Origin: Heterodontus francisci
Taxonomy: Eukaryota
Length of the DNA: 64,000 bases
Assembly: GCF_036365525.1 (NCBI RefSeq)
Contig: NC_090418.1
Coordinates: forward strand, 10,602,856-10,666,855
Direction of reading: 5' to 3'
The translations under genes and the position numbers were made by a program. Shown one piece after another: positions 9,608 to 19,978 of the stretch (its first letter is position 1; each line of letters begins with the position of its first letter). A model generated the notes under the pieces. The model searched no databases. It had not been told where the DNA came from and was given only the letters and a program-made list of their open reading frames with translations.

Positions 9608-12245
9608 CTAGTTCAATGGTGTTTGGTTATGTTTCCTGTACAGGAACAAGGCTATCAATGAAGCAGAGATCAGACAGACAGCTGTCACAGTCAGGGCTAC
9701 AATCAGGACCACCTCAAACTCCACACCTACAAAGCAATGAGAAACCAATGGTTAGTGAAGGAAACACTGAGGGGAAAATGGAAACTAGCAGTCAGCCAAC
9801 TCACCACCTGGAGACCTTTTCAGCCTTCGCTCAACCTCATTCAGGGATGCAGTTGCCAAGTCAGTCACCTCAGTATCCAGAATGACCAGGGGTCCAAGTG
9901 AGGCCTCACCCTCCCACTTCAATCCAGCTTCACTCTCTGCAATATCAAACATGCCAGTTAGAGGGGTAAAGGGAGACCTCCCACATCTAGAGGATCAATG
10001 TCCTACCAGCTTCAGGTACAAGATCCCTCCATCCTCTGGAAGGAAATCGGAACTCCCTTGTGGCACCACAGTTACCCACATGGCAACAGGCACAAATGTC
10101 ATTGTTGGATTCCTCCAATGGGGTCCAGCTAAACAAGAGAAACAGTTGATCAACCAGGTTGTCAATCACACTTCCAAACAACATCCCTGAGAGGAGAGGG
10201 AACTTACACATTCTGCATCTTGTGGAAAGTACAAGCTTTGTTCATAGAATCTCTCCGATCCACTGGAGCAACTTTCAGGTGACATGTAATGAAAATCTGT
10301 GGGATAAATTTCAACACAAGTTATTTAGTGACTCCTCCCAATATAGAGAGCCCAATGATCAGCTTCCACTTACCAAGGAACGGTCACCTGCAAAGAAGCG
10401 GAAAGCATCCAGGTCAAACTGGAGCTTGTCCAGCTCACGCTCGTCTCTTGGCAACACGAAGGTTGAAAAGGAGTCCTCAGCTTTGCTGTCCAGGAGGCAA
10501 CTGGAGAAAGATTCAAAAAGGGACATGAAGTGAATCAAGTGAAGCCATTGAGATGGGAGCAGCTGGAGAAAGCAGAGAGCTCCTTACCCATTGTAGTCAA
10601 TGATGCTGTATCTCGGGGTGGAATCCTTGTCTGGGCTCAATGTAGCTACACAGCGGTCAATGTAGAGCTTCAGGGGCATGTGGTTGGTCATTGAAACAGA
10701 GGCCTCAATGTGAATGAGGTCACCCAGGTAGTAGACAGTCGAGGTGCGCTCTGTAAGCCAGTCATCTGAAGTACAAGAGGACAAGGGTTGAAGACAGTGG
10801 GTACAACTCCCAGTGGGTGAGTACAGGAAATCACTCCCCATCCACCCATCACATACCATTCATTAGGCGCAGAGAGAATGACAGATGCCCTTCTCCAGAC
10901 TTGGTGGAGCTGAATGGGATCCAGGTGGGCTTGATGGGGTTACTGCTCACATTCCCCTTCCTGGAAGGATAGGAGAGTTATTTTAGGACAACTTCAGAGA
11001 ACTTGCATTGGACTGAAAATTCATTAATAAAAATCACTCATCTATTACCTAAAATAATGACACTCGATGGGAACGACAGCTCCATTTGTTCTCACAATGA
11101 CAGATCCATGATACTGGGGGGTGTGGTTCAGGTGGGTGGTGTAGACCAGGAAATCTCCAGCCATCTGAAAGACATCAGGTAAAGGAATTGATGAACTGAT
11201 CTCAATGGAAGATATTTATCTATATTGGTCAGCAACAGGAATTGCTGAATATTGGTATTGAACTAGCTACTCAAGCACTCCCTGTAACTGTTCGATCCCC
11301 CTTTATTGGAGGACACTTCCAGCCTGCAAACCAAAAACCCTAAATCCCACAGAAAGAGCTCCCATGTAAACATCCAAGTGAGCTGCCAGTTACCCTGCTC
11401 TGGAACACCAAACCATTATTCATGGACTCACTGAAGTAATTCTCAGCTGTAATTGCTCAAATAGAAACACCAAAAACAGAGCTGCCTTGAATATATTAAA
11501 ACCCAACTGCACTGGTTTAGCCTTCAAAAATGGAAGCCACACAAGATGGAATTTCTTGACTGTGAATGGAGGAAGCAGGTGTCAATGAGAGACAGGAAAG
11601 GAAGGACTAGCTTGAAGAAAACAGAATAATAAGGTTTGAGAGCAGGTGATACAAGTTAAAGGCAACAACATCTGAGTGTTAAGCTTCTTTCCGATACTTA
11701 CCAAAAACAAAATAAATAGTTAGGGTGAATGTTAACAGAGAGACAGTACACAGAGACAGGAACAAGTCTTCATGAATGTTCAGGAAATCAGTGTTGAAAA
11801 TGTACACATGAAGTTTAGAACAAGAGTCAATGACTCACATTACCTGTAATCTGCTGCCACACTCATGGAGCCCATAGTCAAAGAGGACAGTGTGGTTCTG
11901 AGAGTAGATCCTGGTCGGCCGACAACCTGCTGTCCCCAGGGTCAGGTCAGCAGCTTTAATCAGATGCCTGGTTCCAAATAAATCCATCTGGACCCTGACC
12001 AGCAGGTTCTGCTCTCCACACTGCACCATCACAGTCTGCAGTGGAGACACACTTCGACCCTCAGACACACGGAAATGGGAACCAAAGGGAGGCCCAGTTG
12101 GAGGGACTCTCTGAGGCACAGGGGTGGCTTTTACTCTTCTCCATGGAAACCTCTGGTCTCGAAACTGTTGCCAAGTATCAGAACAACAGACAACTCCAAC
12201 TAACACCAGCACTGGGAACAAACCCCTCATTACAAAATCCCCCAT
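9608..12245 (-). CDS. ZP3: ZP3-type zona pellucida/egg-envelope glycoprotein, copy 1 (462 aa, 9 exons)
   Basis: Exons (-): 12245-11844, 11164-11049, 10960-10857, 10765-10588, 10500-10374, 10296-10208, 10128-10007, 9936-9805, 9726-9608. All introns GT-AG, phases consistent, 1389 nt total. Signal peptide [22 protein letters not shown]; ZP-N (VQCGE, DLFGT, LHECG, IECHY); linker NVSS..PTWIPF; ZP-C ([37 protein letters not shown]); [11 protein letters not shown]; [27 protein letters not shown]. The start could alternatively be the ATG at 12230. Confidence 0.93.
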
Positions 12246-12289
12246 GATACCAAACAACTCAACCATCCCTTCACCCACCAACCAGCTCC

Positions 12290-12480
12290 TTTTATACACA
12301 CAACCTGCAGTCACCTGACACCAATGATCCCAGAAGCAGCAACATTGAGCCAATTAACCAGCTCCAATCTCCACAATTTCCACCCAATGACAGAACCCAT
12401 GGATGTATTGGTTGGAGGGCCTATTTTATTTAGACCAATAGGAGTGACTCTGAGTTGGCCCAGTGTCACCTGACACAAAT
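12290..12480 (-). promoter_or_regulatory. ZP3 copy 1 proximal promoter: TATA, six CCAAT boxes, two E-boxes
   Basis: TATAAAA at 12296-12290; CAGGTG at 12317-12312 and 12472-12467; CCAAT/ATTGG at 12321, 12350, 12364, 12384, 12407 and 12435. The block is largely conserved in all four copies. Confidence 0.75.
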
Positions 12481-12549
12481 CAGCTCCACAATTTCTCATG
12501 TTGAAAGGAACCATTAATACAACAATCTAACGTGGCTTTGATAATTGAT

Positions 12550-15158
12550 CATAGAGTCAGAGAGTCAAGCAGCACAGAAACAGGCCCTTCGGCCCATCCT
12601 GACTGTGCCGGTCATCAAGCACCTAACTATTGTAGTCCCATTTTCCTGCACTTGGCCCGTAGCCTTGTATGCTATGACATTTCAAGTGCTCATCTAAACA
12701 CTTCTTAAATGTTGTGAGGGTTCCTGCCTCTCCCACCTCTTCAGGCAGTGCGTTCCAAATTCCAACCACCCTCTGGGTGAAAATTCTTTACCTCAAATGC
12801 ACCCTAAATCTCCTGCCCCTTACCTTAAATCTATGCCCCCTGTTTATTGACCCCTCCGCTAAGGGAAAACGTTTCTTCCTATTTAATCTATCCATGGCTT
12901 TCATAATTTTGTATACCTCAATCATGTCCCCCCTCAGCCTTCTCTGCTCGAAGGAAAACAACCCTAACCTTTTCTGGTCTCTCTTCATAGCTGAAATGCT
13001 CCAGCCCAGGCAACATCCTGGTGAATCTCCTCTGCACCCTCTCCAGTGCAATCACATCCTTCCTGTAGTGTGGTGCCCAGAACTGTACACAGTACTCCAG
13101 CTGTGGCCTAACTAGTGTTTTATACAGCTCCATCACCTCCCTGCTCTTATATTCTATACCTCGGCTAATAAAGGCAAGTATCTCATATGCCTTCCTAACT
13201 ACCTTATCTACCTGTGCTGCTGCCTTCAGTGATCTTTGCACAAGTACACCAAGGTCCCTCTGACTCTCTGTACTTCCTAGGGTTCTACCATCCATTGTAT
13301 ATTCCCTTGCCTTGTTAGTTCTCCCAAAATGCATCACCTCACACTTCTCAGGATTAAATTCCATTTGCCACTGCTCTGTCCATCCTACCAGCCCATCTGT
13401 ACCATCCTGTAATCTAAGGCTTTCCTCCTCACTATTTACGACACCACCAATTTTTCGTCTCATCCGCGAACTTACTGATCATGCCCCCTATATTCACGTC
13501 TAAATCATTAATGTACACTACAAACAGCAAGGTTCCCAGCACCGATCCCTGCGTTACACCACTGGTCACAGGCTTCCACTCGCAAAAACAACCCTCGACC
13601 ATCACCCTCTGCCTCCTGCCACTAAGCCAATTTTGGATCCAATTTGCCAAATTGCCCTGAATCCCATGGGCTCTTACCTTCTTAACCAATCTCCCATGCG
13701 GCACAGTGGCGCAGTGGTTAGCACCGCAGCCTCACAGCTTGAAGGACCCAGGTTCGATTCTGGGTACTGCCTGTGTGGAGTTTGCAAGTTTTCCCTGTGA
13801 CAGTGTGGGTTTTCGCCGGGTGCTCCGGTTTCCTCCCACAGCCAAAGACTTGCAGATTGATAGGTAAATTGGCCATTATAAATTGCCCCTAGTGTAGGTT
13901 GGTGGTAGGGAATATGGGATTAGTGTAGGGTTAGTATAAATGGGTGGTTGTTGGTTGACACGGACTCGGTGGGCCGAAGGGCCTGTTTCAGTGCTGTATC
14001 TCTAAATAAATAAATAAAAGCCTTACTGAAGTCCATGTCAACTACATCAACGGCTTTACCCTCATCTACACATCTAGTCACCTCCTTGAAAAATTCAATC
14101 AAGTTAGTTAGACACGATCTCCCCCTGACAAAGCCGTACTGACTATCTCTGATTAATCCCTGCCTCTCCAAGTGGAGGTTAATCCTGTCCCTCAGAATTT
14201 GTTCCAATAGTTTCTCAACCACTGATGTTAGACTCACCGGCCTGTAATTTCCTGGTGTATCCTTCTACCTTTCTTGAATAATGGTACCACATTCACTGTC
14301 CTCCAGTCCTCTGGTACCTCTCCTGTGGCCAGACCGGATTTGAAAATTTGTGTCAGAGCCCCTGCTATTTCCTCCCTTGCCTCACATAACAGCCTGGTAT
14401 ACATCTCATCTGGGCCTGGGGATTTATCTACTTTTAAGCCCACAAAAACAGCTAATACTTCCTCCCTTTCAATACTAGTATGTTCAAGTATATCACAATC
14501 CCCCTCCCTGATCTCTACACCTACATCGTCCTTCTCCATAGTGAACACAGGTGAAAAGTAATCCTTTAAAACCTCACCTATGTCCTCCAGCTCCACACAC
14601 AGATTGCCGCCTCTCATGTCCCCTGTTCGCTCTCCTAATTACTTTTTAAAGTACCCCCCACACTTTCTATACTCCTCTCGGGCCTCTGCTGTTTTCAGCA
14701 CTCTGAATCTGCCATAAGCCTCCTTTTTTCCTGATGCAATCCTTTATATTCCTGGACTTGTTGGTCCTACCCTTCACGTTTATGCGAACATCTGATGTAG
14801 ATTTTCCTACAAGTAGCTGCTCCCAGTCCACTTTGGCCAGATCCTGTTTTATCATATTGAAATTGACCTTTCCCCAATTCAGCACCTTTATTTGCAGTCC
14901 ATCTTTGTCCTTTTCCATAACTACCTTAAATCTTACAGAGTTATGGTCACTATCCCCGAAATGCACCCCCACTGACACATCTACTACTTGTTCAGCTTCA
15001 TTAACTAGAATTAGGTCCAGAACCGCCCCTTCTCTTGTCGGACTTTCTATGTACTGACTCAAAAAGCTCTCCTGTATGCATTTTAAGAATTCCGCCCCCT
15101 TTAAGCCTTTTGCACTCAGACTATCCCAGTTGATATTAGGGAATTTGAAACCCCCTAC
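12550..15158 (-). mobile_element. Decayed CR1 LINE ORF2 (endonuclease end + RT + 3' tail), interrupted by a SINE
   Basis: Frameshifted peptides FKFPNINW, PTREGAVLDLIL, KSPGPDEM, GFVRGRSCLTNL, SGVTQGSVLG, SKFADET, YCVQFWAPHY. Confidence 0.9.
13698..14019 (+). mobile_element. tRNA-derived V-SINE (HE1-like)
   Basis: A box tggcgcagtggttagc, B box ggttcgattc, V-domain-like ctgtgtggagtttgca...gggtgctccggtttcctcccaca, CR1-like tail gggccgaagggcctgtttc and (TAAA)n. Confidence 0.85.
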
Positions 15159-15761
15159 TTGAGTGGAGGGGACCTTACAGTTGATCAGTCTGGGACTGAA
15201 CTCCACTCCAATTGCCCCGAACCCATAGACTGTAAAACACGAGAAGCTCCCCAGCACCCGCTGATAACTAGAATTATATCACCAGGGGGAAACCCTTCGT
15301 CCAAAGTAAAAACCCAAAGTCGAGGCAAAGTAACTGAAATCTCAATTATCCTGTGTGTGCACAGTGATGAATGGTACGATGGGAAATTGAGGCTGTCACA
15401 CTGGTACAACAACAACTTGTAATTATAACCCACCTTTAACATATAGAAACATCCCAAGTTTCCTCACAGAGGTGGAATCAGTGACAATGAGACTCCGAGC
15501 CAAAGAAGGAGTGACCAGAAGCTTCATCAATAATCTGGCTTCTCAGCTGGCTCTTAACGGAGGAGAGAGAGGTGGAGAGACAGAGGTTCAATAAATTCAA
15601 GAGAGTGGGACTTAAATGACTGAAGACCTGGCCGCCAATGGTGGGGTGAATGAAGGGGAGGGTCCACAGGCTGGAGTTACTGGAGCTTGAGTTCTGAAAT
15701 GGGGGGGAGCGATTACCAGAGGTTGGTATTTGGAAGACATGGTTGTGCAGTGAAGAGGAAG

Positions 15762-15895
15762 AGTTACTCGGTATCTAACCCTGTTTTTTTTTGTGTAGAG
15801 GGAGCTTTACTCTGCATCTAACCCCTGTTTTTTTTTTTGTTTGTTTTTTAACTAACCTCTTTTTTTTTTACTTTTCCCGTTTTTTTTTTCTTTTT
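15762..15895. repeat. Disrupted units of the 69-bp minisatellite with poly-T tracts
   Basis: ttactcggtatctaaccctg+T9 and gagggagctttactctgcatctaacccctg+poly-T. Confidence 0.75.
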
Positions 15896-17907
15896 GTCGT
15901 GGGGGCCTTTATTCCTCAGGCCCCATTATATATTTTTTATATGTCGAGGGGGCCTTTATACCCCAGGCCCCTTTTATATATTTTTTATGTCGAGGGGGCC
16001 TTTATTCCTCAGGCCCCCTTTATATACACACTTATATTTTTAAAATAACTTTATTAAAACCAGATAAATAAACAAAAAAACTCAAATTAAAATGCCATTC
16101 TCGGCGTCGACAATGCACTCCAGTCCCTGCGGTGCCCACCGGTCGCGGAAGGCCTCAAGCGTACCGGCGGACACTGCATGCTCCTTTTCCAGGGACACCC
16201 GGGCGCGAACGTAACCGCGGAAGAGGGGCAGGCAATCGGGGAGGACGGACCCCCGACGGCTCGCAACCTGGACCTGTGAATTGCCACCTTGGCCAGGCCC
16301 AGGAGCAGACCGACGAGGAGATCCTCCTCCTTGCCCAAGCCCCTCCGCACCGGGTGCCCAAAGATCAGGAGCGTGGGACTGAAGTGCAGCCAGAATTTGA
16401 GGAGCAGCCCCTTCAGATACTCAAATAGGGGCTGCAACCTCGCACACTCCGTATAAATGTGGAACACGGACTCGTCCAGGCCGCAGAAAGTACAGGTGGC
16501 CTGGGAGTCCGTGAACCTACCTAAAAGCCTATTGCACGGGACTGCTCTGTGCAGCACCCTCCACCCCAGGTCCCCGATGTCAAGGGGGAAGACTCCCGCG
16601 TAGAGAGACCTCCATCGGGGTTTCCCCTTGCCGCCAGATGGCAACGCGGACCGCCAGGGCGTGTCCGGCCGGCTGACGAGGGCGAGGAAGTGGAGAGTGT
16701 GCAGGAGCAGCCCGTACAGGAAACCCCTCCGCGCCGATTGGAATGGCACGGAGGGCATTTCCGAGAGGCGGCTCGGGTTGTGCGGGACCGGCTCCCGAGG
16801 AGGGTTTCGGGGCCTGGGTCCGATGAGCAGTTCCGGCCGAGCGGGTGTCAGCACGGCCGGGATCGCTCTGCACTCCCGAGCCCCCTCGCCACCCGCAGTG
16901 AGGGGCGTCCCGGGTGTTTCGGCTACTCCTCCGCCCGCCGGACCGTCCCCGGAGTCGGCCGCCCGGACAGCCGAGGCGCTCCCCCACCGGCGGAGGAGGC
17001 GACCATGTTCCAGACTCGGAATAGATCCCGGTAAAAGACAGGCAACTCCCTCAGAGAGGCGCGGCTAACGGACTCCACCAGGAGCTGCGTGTCGTCTTGA
17101 AGGCAGTGACACTGGCGGAAAAATACGTCGCCAGCGCACACAGTCTAGGAGGACGCTTGACGTACAGGTATCTCTGCAGGGTCCGAAGGCGGAGAGTCGC
17201 AGCCTGGGTGCGGATGCACACCAGCGACTGACCGCCCTCCTCGATCGGGAGACTCAGGACCGCGGCAGAGACCCAGTGTTTCCTCTTGCCCCAGAAGAAA
17301 TCGACGAGTTTCTTCTGGATCTTGGTGGCAAATACAGGGGGCGGGGCCAAAGTGACCAACCGGTACCACAGCATGGAGGCCACCAGTTGGTTTATGACCA
17401 GCGCTCGGCCCCTGTAGGAAAGCACTCGGAGCAGTCCTGTCCAGCGCCCCAGCCGAGCGGTGGCGTTCGCCTCCAACTCCTGCCAGTTTGCCGGCCAGGC
17501 TTCCTCAGTGGGGCTAAGGTGAACTCCCAGATAGAGGAGGTGCGTGGTGCTCCACGCAAAAGGTGTCATCTCCTCCGGCAGGGAGTCCACCTGCCAGTGA
17601 CCCACCAGGAGTCCGGAACATTTCTCCCAATTGATCCTCGTGGAGGACGCGGCGGAAAAGGTCTGCTGGCAGTCACGCATCCTCCGCAAGTCAACGGGAT
17701 CTGTGACCGCGAGGAGCACGTCGTCGGCGTAAGCCGAGGGGACGACCCGCATGGCCGGCTCGCACAGAGCCAATCCCGTCAACCTCCTGCGAAGCAGGCA
17801 GAGGAAGGGCTCCACGCAGACGGTATACAATTGGCCGGACATGGGGCATCCCTGACGCACTCCTCTCCCAAAGCGAAGGGGCGCTGTCAAGGACCTGTTA
17901 ACTTTGA
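15896..17907 (-). mobile_element. Tx1-like (L1 group) non-LTR retrotransposon, 3' part (RT C-terminus, CCHC zinc finger, 3'UTR)
   Basis: GC-rich; RGVRQGCPMSGQLY, SAYADDV, YLGVHL, LPIEEGG, WRVLHRAV, CTFCGLDESVFHIYTEC; 3' end runs into a poly(A) tract. Confidence 0.88.
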
Positions 17908-19166
17908 ATAAGAATTAGAATTAGAATTAGAACATTACAGCGCAGTACAGGCCCTTCGGCCTTCGATGTTGCGCCGACCTGTGAAACCATCTGACCTACA
18001 CTATTCCATTTTCATCCAATGACCACTTAAATGCCCTTAAAGTTGGCGAGTATACTACTGTTGCAGGCAGGGCATTCCACGCCCCTACTACTCTCTGAGT
18101 AAAGAAACTACCTCTGACATCTGTCCTATATCTATCACCCCTCAACTTAAAGCTATGTCCCCTCGTGTTTGCCATCACCATCCGAGGAAAAAGACTCTCA
18201 CTATCCACCCTATCCAACCCTCTGATTATCTTATATGTCTCTATTAAGTCACCTCTCCTCCTCCTTCTCTCCAACGAAAACAGATCCTTGCGGTACACCA
18301 CTAGTAACTAAACTCCAGGATGAACATTTGCCATCAACCACCACCCTCTGTCTTCTTTCAGTGAGCCAATTTCTGATCCAAAGCTCTAAATCACCTTCAA
18401 CCCCATACTTCCGTATTTTCTGCAATAGCCTACCGTGGGGAACCTTATCAAACACCTTACTGAAATCCATATACACCACATCCACTGCTTTACCCTCATC
18501 CACCTGTTTGGTCACCTTCTCGAAAAACTCAATAAGGGTTGTGAGGCACGACCTACCCTTCACAAAACAGTGCTGACTATCGCTAATGAACTTATTCTTT
18601 TCAAGATGATTATAAATCCTGTCTCTTATAACCTTTTCCAACATTTTACCCACAACCGACGTAAGGCTCACAGGTCTATAATTACCAGGGCTGTCTCTAC
18701 TCCCCTTCTTGAACAAGGGAACAACATTTGCTATCCTCCAGTCTTCCGGCACTATTCCTGTCGACAATGACGACATAAAGATCAAGGAAAAAGGCTCTGC
18801 AATCTCCTCCCTAGCTTCCCAGAGAGTCCTAGGATAAATCCCATCTGGCCCAGGGGACTTATCTATTTTCACACTTTCCAAAATTGATAATACCTCCTCC
18901 TTGTAAACCTCAATCCCATCTAGCCTAGTAGTCTGAATCTCAGTATTCTCCTCGACAAAATTTTCTTTCTCTACTGTAAATACTGACGCAAAATATTCAT
19001 TTAACACTTCCCCTACCTCCTCTGATTCCACACACAGCTTCCCACTACTATCCTTGATTGGCCCTAATCTAACTCTAGTCATTCTTTTATTCCTGATATA
19101 CCGATAGAAAGCCTTAGGGTTTTCCCTGATCCTATCCGCCAATGACTTCTCGTGTCCTCTCCTTGC
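17908..19166 (-). mobile_element. 5'-truncated CR1 nested in the Tx1-like RT, with an internal ~584-bp deletion
   Basis: (TTCTAA)n tail; ENPKAFY, KSPGPDGI, YMDFSK. The Tx1 frame ...TAECL | VKVN(R/G)SLTAPL is split by this insert. Confidence 0.9.
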
Positions 19167-19978
19167 TAGACACTCTGCGGTGGCGTATAAAAGTCGGACC
19201 CGGGCCACGAAATGCGGTCCGAGTCCGAAAGCGCACAGAGTCCCGAAAAGGTAGTCGTGATCCACCCTGTCGAACACCTTCTCCTGATCGAGGGAGAGAA
19301 AGGCGACCGACTGACCAGTCCTCTGGGAAAGATGGATCAGGTCCCGGACCAGGTGGATGTTGTCCTGGATGGACCGGCCCGGGACCGTGTAGACTGGTCG
19401 GGGTGGATCATGTGGGCCAGCACGGAGCCCAGGCGGGTAGACATAGCCCGGGCAAAGATCTTATAATCCGTGCTGAGGAGGGAGACCGGACGCCAGTTTT
19501 TAAGCAGGCGGAGATCGCCCCTCTTCGGCAGCAAGACGATGACCGCCCTGCGCCACAAGAGGGGCATCTCCCGGGTCGCCAGGCTTTCCCCCAGGACCCG
19601 CGCGTAATCGTCCCCCAGGATGTCCCAGAACGCCCTGAGGAACTCCACGGTCAACCCATCCAGCCCTGGGGATTTGCCCCTTGAGAGCTGGTGGAGGTCG
19701 CCAGTCAGCTCCGCCAACGTGAGCGGAGCCTCCAATCCTTCAGCGCCCTCCAGGCTGACCTGCAGCAGGTCCTCCCACAAAACTCTGCGCGCATCCTCGC
19801 TGGACGGATCCGGAGAGAACAACGCACTGTAATAAGTACGGACCAGGAGGCCCATTCCCTCCGGATCCGTGATGGAGGATCCATCGTCGGCCAGCAGCTC
19901 AACGAGCTGCTTACGGACCCCCCGCCATTTTTCCAGCGAGTAGAAGAAGGGTGAGGCGCGGTCCAAATCTTCCAGGCG
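19167..19978 (-). mobile_element. Tx1-like element, upstream part of RT (5'-truncated)
   Basis: SPFFYSLEK, KSPGLDGLTVEF, KNWRPVSLLSTDYKIFA, FDRVDHDYL. Confidence 0.88.

Noticed and set aside
9496-10533. Plus-strand ORFs overlapping ZP3 (also at copies 2-4)
   Set aside because: Antisense shadows of coding exons, without motifs and with ends that vary between copies.
12246-12353. Longer N-terminus (MAQCCCFW.../MVELFG) in the ORF track for ZP3 exon 1
   Set aside because: It starts at a non-ATG codon upstream of the TATA box. The ATG at 12266 is only ~24 nt from TATA, at about the expected TSS. The signal peptide fits the ATG at 12245 or 12230.
12463-12476. Estrogen response element
   Set aside because: TGTCA-CC-TGACA has the wrong half-sites and a 2-nt spacer; an extended E-box explains it better.
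13698-13770. tRNA gene-like A and B boxes
   Set aside because: SINE head: no complete cloverleaf, and it continues into a V-domain and LINE-like tail.
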